IMG/VR virus record: IMGVR_UViG_2863389319_000001
Source: a virus
Lineage: Duplodnaviria; Caudoviricetes
Reading direction: 5' to 3' (one strand)
DNA: 64,000 nt
Shown: piece by piece, positions 58,380-64,000 of the stretch
How the letters are laid out: each line of letters starts with the position of its first letter
Position numbering within the stretch: the first letter of the stretch is position 1
Program-made: the position numbers and the translations under genes
Notes under the pieces: model-generated
Databases searched by the model: none
What the model was told of the DNA's origin: nothing
Seen by the model: the letters and a program-made list of their open reading frames with translations, nothing else

Positions 58380-58768
58380 TGCATCGCCACCCCGCGAACG
58401 TGGCCCGGCATGACGAACGCACCGTCGGAGACCGGGTCGCGGACGACATCACCAAGAGCATGGGCTCATGGCGATTCATCATCGCCCAGGCCGTCTTCAC
58501 CGCGGCGTGGATCGTGGTCAACACGGTGCACGGCTGGGGCCTGATGTGGGACTCCTACCCGTACGTGCTACTCAACCTCGTGTACAGCTTCCAGGCCGGC
58601 TTCACGGGCCCTATCCTCCTTCTCTCACAGAATCGGCAAGCGGAGCACGACCGGCTGCGGGCCGAGCACGACTACGGGGTCAACGAAGAGGCACTGGCAT
58701 GGAGTCGCGCGATCGGCGCGAGGCTCGACGTCCAGATCCCGCAGGCCGTCAGCCCGGATGTCCCCTGA
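58376..58768 (+). CDS. DUF1003 membrane protein
   Basis: GDRVAD...[25 protein letters not shown]. Confidence 0.85.
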   Translation: MMHRHPANVARHDERTVGDRVADDITKSMGSWRFIIAQAVFTAAWIVVNTVHGWGLMWDSYPYVLLNLVYSFQAGFTGPILLLSQNRQAEHDRLRAEHDYGVNEEALAWSRAIGARLDVQIPQAVSPDVP

Positions 58769-58917
58769 TGGGCCACTGGATTTGGGGGGCATGGCTGCAG
58801 ATCTGGCCGAACCTGGCCGCGAACGTGATCTGGGTGCCTGCTGCCGCCTTTCATCACGTGCTACTGAAGCGCCACATCACCCGCACGATGCAGCCGACCT
58901 CGAAGGAGGTGACTTGA
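58768..58917 (+). CDS. small membrane protein
   Basis: [18 protein letters not shown]; TGATG overlaps on both sides. Confidence 0.55.
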   Translation: MGHWIWGAWLQIWPNLAANVIWVPAAAFHHVLLKRHITRTMQPTSKEVT

Positions 58918-59945
58918 TGGGCATCTATGGTCAGGACTGGGCGAGTTACCAGTCGGCGATGCCGGACACGACCGGTCTGTCCTTCGCCTTCGTGAAGATC
59001 ACCGAAGGCCTGTCGTACATCAACCCCCTGTGGCAGCAGCAGCGCGACCATGCCAAGGCCAACGGGCTTGTCTGGGGCGCGTACCACTACCCCCACATGC
59101 ACAACTCCGATCGGGCCGAGGCGGACTTCTTCCTCGCGCAGAACGTCTGGCAGCCGGGCGACATGGTCGTCCTGGACTGGGAGGGGTACGACGCCGCTAA
59201 CGCGAGCGTCAGCACCGCCGACCAGTTGGCGTACAAGGAGGATTACCTCACGTATGTGAAGTCCAAGCTGCCGAACAACCCGGTCGGCCTGTACTGCAAC
59301 ACGGACTACTGGAACCGAGTCGACACGACCGGGCATCGCGGGGACTTCCTGTGGATCGCCACGAGTGGCCTGCCCGCCGGGCAACCGGGGATCCGTGCGT
59401 CCTGGCTGTTCCACCAGTACTCAGACTCTGGCAGTGCCGATCAGGACTACTGCCCTCTCGGCTCCACGGCCGAACTGCGCTCCTGGGCCCTGTCGTTCCA
59501 GCCTCCCCCGCCGCCGGCCCCAGCGCCGCAGTCGCAGCCCGCCCCAGCGCCCGCGCCAACTCCCCAAGGAGAAGAGATGGCTTCGCTCCCCATCCCGTTC
59601 GGCTTCGCCTTCGACCCGTCCGGGGCCCTCGCCGACAGCACCAAGATGCTGGCCACCCCTGTACCCGAGCTCGGCGGTCCCCGCATCAACTACCGGCTGG
59701 TGGACCTGTCTCTCGGCTGCGACATGGGCTCCATGCGTGTCCGGATCGCGATCCACAACGAGCAGACCGGCTGGGCGGCCAACCGGATCTGGCAGGTCGA
59801 CCTGCAGGCAACGGACAAGCGGTACCCGATTTGGCTGCAGAACGGCGACGACAAGATCAGCATCGGTCGGGTGCCCATGTCCGCGTCCGACACCAAGTCG
59901 GACAAGATTCCGGCTTCGCTCCTCATCGAGCCGGTCCTGGCCTAA
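58917..59945 (+). CDS. endolysin, GH25 muramidase with Pro linker and C-terminal domain
   Basis: GQDWASYQ, FAFVKITEG, GAYHY, VLDWE, FHQYS. Confidence 0.9.
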   Translation: MGIYGQDWASYQSAMPDTTGLSFAFVKITEGLSYINPLWQQQRDHAKANGLVWGAYHYPHMHNSDRAEADFFLAQNVWQPGDMVVLDWEGYDAANASVSTADQLAYKEDYLTYVKSKLPNNPVGLYCNTDYWNRVDTTGHRGDFLWIATSGLPAGQPGIRASWLFHQYSDSGSADQDYCPLGSTAELRSWALSFQPPPPPAPAPQSQPAPAPAPTPQGEEMASLPIPFGFAFDPSGALADSTKMLATPVPELGGPRINYRLVDLSLGCDMGSMRVRIAIHNEQTGWAANRIWQVDLQATDKRYPIWLQNGDDKISIGRVPMSASDTKSDKIPASLLIEPVLA

Positions 59946-59978
59946 CACCTGCCTGCCGGCGACGAGTGATGGGAGCCC

Positions 59979-60356
59979 GTGATCTGGGCGAGCGCTGTGG
60001 AGGGGGCTCCGAGTGTGATGGGCATCAGTCTGCTGCAGGGCGGCGCGGCCGGGCTGGTGATGCTGATCGTGGTGCTGGTGCTACGCGGTCATCTCGTGCC
60101 GCGCACCGTGCTGCGGGACCTGCGGGCCGATCGGGACCTGCGGATAGCGGAGATCATGCATGAGCGGGACACGTGGCGCGCCGCGTACGAGACCAGCGAG
60201 ATGGGCCGTCACCTGGCCGAGGAGCAGTGCCGCGAACTGCTCGAACTGTCCCGCACCGCGACCCACTTCCTCACGTCGCTACCGAAAGCGACGGGCCAGC
60301 AGGGGGTGACCGCCGGTGCGCCGCATGCTGCTGAGACTCTGGCGTCACCGCCGTGA
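59979..60356 (+). CDS. lysis-cassette membrane protein
   Basis: One TM segment, LRGHLVPR, ERDTWRAA. Confidence 0.7.
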   Translation: MIWASAVEGAPSVMGISLLQGGAAGLVMLIVVLVLRGHLVPRTVLRDLRADRDLRIAEIMHERDTWRAAYETSEMGRHLAEEQCRELLELSRTATHFLTSLPKATGQQGVTAGAPHAAETLASPP

Positions 60357-60561
60357 TGGGGTGTCGCTGATCCGGTCGGTACCGCGCCCAACTGCGGGGC
60401 AGCGGGAGGCCGAGGCGGCACTGCGCAGGGCGGAGGCTGCCCGCCTGGCGTGCCAGGGACAGGCGGGTGAGGTGGCTGCGGCTGCTGAGCATTTGAGGGG
60501 GCTGAGGGCGCGCAACCATTTCGCTGAGGCGGTCCGGTTGACGCTGGAAGGGGGTCGCTGA
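60325..60561 (+). CDS. small lysis-cassette protein
   Basis: Ends LRARNHFAEAV. Confidence 0.6.
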   Translation: MLLRLWRHRRDGVSLIRSVPRPTAGQREAEAALRRAEAARLACQGQAGEVAAAAEHLRGLRARNHFAEAVRLTLEGGR

Positions 60562-60923
60562 TGCTGGCGATTGCTGATCTGTCGCGCCTGAATTGGTCGC
60601 AGCTCGCGAACCTGACCGCCTCGGCGCTGATTGCCCTGTCGTGTATCCGCACGGTGCTCGTGTACCGGCGGGCACCTTGGAGGAGCAGTCGAGTGGGCCG
60701 TCACATGATGACGGTCACTGTCTCGATCGGGCTTTTGGGCGCGTACACCGTGGCCTCGGCACTTTGGCCAGCAGGCTGCATTGCGGACGTGCTGCGGATC
60801 GTCCGAGTAGCCGTGCTGATCACCCTGGCTGTCCTCATGCACCAGCGAGCCCGCATGGTCGCGGACGGACGCCGCGGCCGGCTCGAACCGATCAGGGACC
60901 CGATGAAAGAGTCTCAGCAGTAG
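60561..60923 (+). CDS. putative holin
   Basis: Three TM segments; WRSSRVGRHMM. Confidence 0.7.
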   Translation: MLAIADLSRLNWSQLANLTASALIALSCIRTVLVYRRAPWRSSRVGRHMMTVTVSIGLLGAYTVASALWPAGCIADVLRIVRVAVLITLAVLMHQRARMVADGRRGRLEPIRDPMKESQQ

Positions 60924-60927
60924 CAAT

Positions 60928-60962
60928 GCCCCCGCCTTGGCCTTCGGGCCGGGCGGGGGCGC
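60928..60962. terminator. terminator between the lysis cassette and the convergent operon
   Basis: GCCCCCGCCTTGGCC-TTCG-GGCCGGGCGGGGGC. Confidence 0.75.
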
Positions 60963-60980
60963 TTCTATGTGCCCGCAGGA

Positions 60981-61706
<726 letters not shown>

Positions 61707-62210
61707 TCAGAGGGCGGTGATGGCGGCACGGATCCCGGCGACGATGTTCTGCCAGACCTGCTCGCGGCTGGCGATGCGGGACTCGCCGTAGCCGTAGCGG
61801 AAGCGGAGCTTGCCGTCAGCGGCATCGAACCAGACTTTCTCGATGGAGCCGAGGATCTTGCTGGCCTGGGAGTTAGAGATGCCCTCGCCCCGATAGGCGG
61901 CGGCGGAGATGTTGCCGCTGTTGTAGTAAGACAGCTCCAGGCCAGCGAGTTCAGTCCAGTTGTTGATGTAGACACGGCACATGCCGTTCTTCTCCCACAG
62001 CTGGCCGCCGATCGCGGTGAGGGTCTCGACGGAGAAGATGACCTTAGCCTTGCGGAGCAGCTTGGGGAGGTTGATGCGGTAGGCGAGGGACGTGGCGTCG
62101 ATGACCCAGCGGCGGCCGGTCTTGGTGGCGGTGATGGCGCCGCGGCGGCACCAGGTGCGGATGGTGGCGACGGTGACCCCGGCCTGCTTGGCTGCGGCAA
62201 TGGTGTCCAT
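61707..62210 (-). CDS. HTH_17/excisionase-like N-domain plus unknown domain; candidate anti-defence protein
   Basis: AAKQAGVTVATIRTWCRRGAI.ATK.GRRWVID; GGAG RBS. Confidence 0.7.
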   Translation of the reverse strand: MDTIAAAKQAGVTVATIRTWCRRGAITATKTGRRWVIDATSLAYRINLPKLLRKAKVIFSVETLTAIGGQLWEKNGMCRVYINNWTELAGLELSYYNSGNISAAAYRGEGISNSQASKILGSIEKVWFDAADGKLRFRYGYGESRIASREQVWQNIVAGIRAAITAL

Positions 62211-62263
62211 CGTGTTCTCCCCTGCGGGTGGGGTCTGGGCCCGTGCCCTGACCTCATGACTCC

Positions 62264-62292
62264 AATGTAGCGTCCTAATTTAGGACGCGCAA
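62264..62292 (-). promoter_or_regulatory. promoter with inverted-repeat operator for the HTH operon
   Basis: Minus strand TTGCGC-N17-TACATT; GCGTCCTA-ATT-TAGGACGC at 62270-62288. Confidence 0.75.
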
Positions 62293-62386
62293 GCCTGATT
62301 GAACATCAACTCTAATTACCTAGAAGCAATCTGAACTCCTCCGAGTGAAGCGGCCACCATCGGAGCGCCTCCAGTGCTACGGTGAA

Positions 62387-62562
62387 GTCGTCCCCGGGAA
62401 ACCGGGGGTGATCCGTGTGGGGTGTAAGACTTCCATGTGGATGCGCAATCCTCCCCACGCAAGTGGGGGTGACCCGTGCGGGATGTACACCACTCGGGAT
62501 CAGCACTACCTTCCCCACGCAGGTGGGGGTCAGCTTCGCCCCGCGATCGCGGGGATCAGGCC
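62387..62562 (+). CRISPR. orphan type I-E-like CRISPR mini-array (3 repeats, 2 spacers, plus a fourth abutting repeat)
   Basis: 29-nt units GTCGTCCCCGGGAAACCGGGGGTGATCCG (62387), ATCCTCCCCACGCAAGTGGGGGTGACCCG (62448), ACCTTCCCCACGCAGGTGGGGGTCAGCTT (62508), CTTCGCCCCGCGATCGCGGGGATCAGGCC (62534); spacers of 32 and 31 nt. Confidence 0.82.
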
Positions 62563-62592
62563 CCGCTCTCCTTCGGGAGGGCGGGGCCTTTC
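62558..62592 (+). terminator. terminator closing the mini-array transcript
   Basis: AGGCCCCGCTCTCC-TTCG-GGAGGGCGGGGCCTTT. Confidence 0.8.
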
Positions 62593-62624
62593 GTCATACC
62601 CGGATGCCGCTACTATGCTGCCCT

Positions 62625-63611
62625 CTACGCGCTGTACTCGCTGATCGTGATCCCCTTCGAGCGCCACGGCTCCGGCGTCTCGTCAGCATCAGCCAGGCGC
62701 TGCATCCACTCCAACTGCCCGACGAAATAGCTCCAGTACGGGGTGCCGCCATCAACCCCCTTGTCGAATGTCAAGATCGGACCGTCGGTACCCCGCTTCC
62801 CATGCCCGTACAGCATCACCCTCACCGAGTCGTCGACACGCTCAATAGCGAAGCTGCACGGAAAGTCGTACAGGTAGATCTTCAGGTCCCCAGCATCGCG
62901 AGCTGCAGCCTGAGCCAACGGGCGCAGCACCTCCCGCTCATACCTGGCCGGGTCCTCCATCGCGGCCTCTGCCGGCTCCAGCCGGTAGCGGTCGCGGCGG
63001 CTCGCACAGTGCGGATCCATGATGAAGATCCGCACCGGGATTTCACGCGACCTCGCGGTGAAGAGTGGCAGCATCTCGTCGCTGCCGTAGAAGTTCCGGG
63101 TGAGCCCGAACATCGTGATCTGCTGACGTGCGGCACGCAGCCGACTCACCAGGTCTGACTTCGACTCCAAGCCCGTATGTGGGAACAGGTCGGCCACGCC
63201 GGCTTGCTCTAGGTGACTCACCATGGCTCCACTGTAGTCACGGCCGAAGCCGAGGCGGTCCGGCCGCGTGGCGTACACGCGGCACAAGTAGTCAATGCGC
63301 TCGTCGCTGGGACGCCGCTGGCCGTGCTCCCAGCGGCATAGCTCGGCATCACTGATGGTCGGCGGCCGCAGGCCATCGTGCACGTAGGCCAGGTCAATCC
63401 TGGCGCTGAGTTCCGGGCGACTCCACCCTTTGGCCCACCGATGAGCCTCGAGGGGATGTGTCCCTGGGGTGGCCGCGAGGATCAGATCGATCACCTCGGC
63501 GATCGGCAGGCCCTCGCGCAGGCCGTTGATTCTGATGTCAGAGGCAATCCGGTCTGCCCGGCGCCGAGATGCGCGGTCCACGCGTGGAGTTGACGAGGTC
63601 ACAGATCCCAT
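62625..63611 (-). CDS. XRE HTH regulator with C-terminal DUF5919/PLD-like domain
   Basis: HRWAKGWS...LCRWEHGQRRP; IFIMDP, IYLYD.P, RVDD; start placed at MGSVT. Confidence 0.8.
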   Translation of the reverse strand: MGSVTSSTPRVDRASRRRADRIASDIRINGLREGLPIAEVIDLILAATPGTHPLEAHRWAKGWSRPELSARIDLAYVHDGLRPPTISDAELCRWEHGQRRPSDERIDYLCRVYATRPDRLGFGRDYSGAMVSHLEQAGVADLFPHTGLESKSDLVSRLRAARQQITMFGLTRNFYGSDEMLPLFTARSREIPVRIFIMDPHCASRRDRYRLEPAEAAMEDPARYEREVLRPLAQAAARDAGDLKIYLYDFPCSFAIERVDDSVRVMLYGHGKRGTDGPILTFDKGVDGGTPYWSYFVGQLEWMQRLADADETPEPWRSKGITISEYSA

Positions 63612-63630
63612 ATTGACGCATGGCGTCAAT
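63612..63630. promoter_or_regulatory. palindromic operator between divergent start codons
   Basis: ATTGACGC-ATG-GCGTCAAT. Confidence 0.65.
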
Positions 63631-63634
63631 GGTT

Positions 63635-64000
63635 ATGGCGAGGTTGCGCATAGTGCCTGGTCTACTTCCTGCCGATGCTGATCTCGTGGCGACAACATCA
63701 ACTGACACACCATGCGCCGACTGCGGCGCCAAGGACGCCCCGCATCTCGGGGAAACCAAGACGACCAGGATCGCGGACGGCGTCGTACGGGACGAGCGGG
63801 TCCGCCGCTGCACCCCATGCCAGCTGGCCCGCCCCCGCTACGAGCCCGAGCAGATCTACTCCGGCCATTGGGTGATCCGGGACCGCCGCTACGGCGTCAT
63901 CGTCGCCACCGACGACGATGACTGCAGTCCGCGGATCTACTCCAGCCGCGACACCGCGCAGGCCAGCCTCGATGAACTGGTGAGCCGTGGCGCGCTCTGA
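63635..64000 (+). CDS. hypothetical Zn-binding protein
   Basis: CADCG...CTPC; stop at the window end. Confidence 0.55.
   Translation: MARLRIVPGLLPADADLVATTSTDTPCADCGAKDAPHLGETKTTRIADGVVRDERVRRCTPCQLARPRYEPEQIYSGHWVIRDRRYGVIVATDDDDCSPRIYSSRDTAQASLDELVSRGAL

Noticed and set aside
61707-62210. Excisionase marking an att/integration module
   Set aside because: No integrase or att-like repeat nearby; the HTH is fused to a larger unrelated domain

Overview
High-GC actinomycete (Streptomyces-like) DNA. Almost the whole window reads as one temperate siphovirus genome or prophage. No integrase, att site or element end is visible. Order of modules: (1) leftward early/replication operon, 0.6-8.6 kb, with an RNA ligase-like gene, DnaB and a lambda-O-like initiator carrying internal iterons; (2) cro/repressor switch, 8.4-9.2 kb; (3) accessory genes, 9.3-12.8 kb, including a toxin-antitoxin-like pair and a small DG-rich peptide with a PIMT-type methyltransferase (imiditide/pamtide-like RiPP); (4) a Streptomyces plasmid/AICE-type conjugation module, 13-25 kb, with a KorSA-like GntR, Nudix, Spd-like proteins and a TraB FtsK translocase; (5) late operon, 25.4-60.9 kb, with a beta-helix fibre placed before the terminase, a portal-Nudix-MuF fusion, capsid, tail genes with a -1 frameshift, tape measure, a second beta-helix spike and an expanded lysis cassette; (6) a candidate anti-CRISPR/Aca operon back-to-back with a cas-less type I-E-like CRISPR mini-array whose repeats differ but keep compensated stems, 61-62.6 kb. 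Strongest leads: the Acr/Aca plus mini-array locus, the phage-conjugation hybrid, the portal-Nudix-MuF fusion and the phage-borne RiPP. All family assignments are from motif recognition by eye, not database searches.
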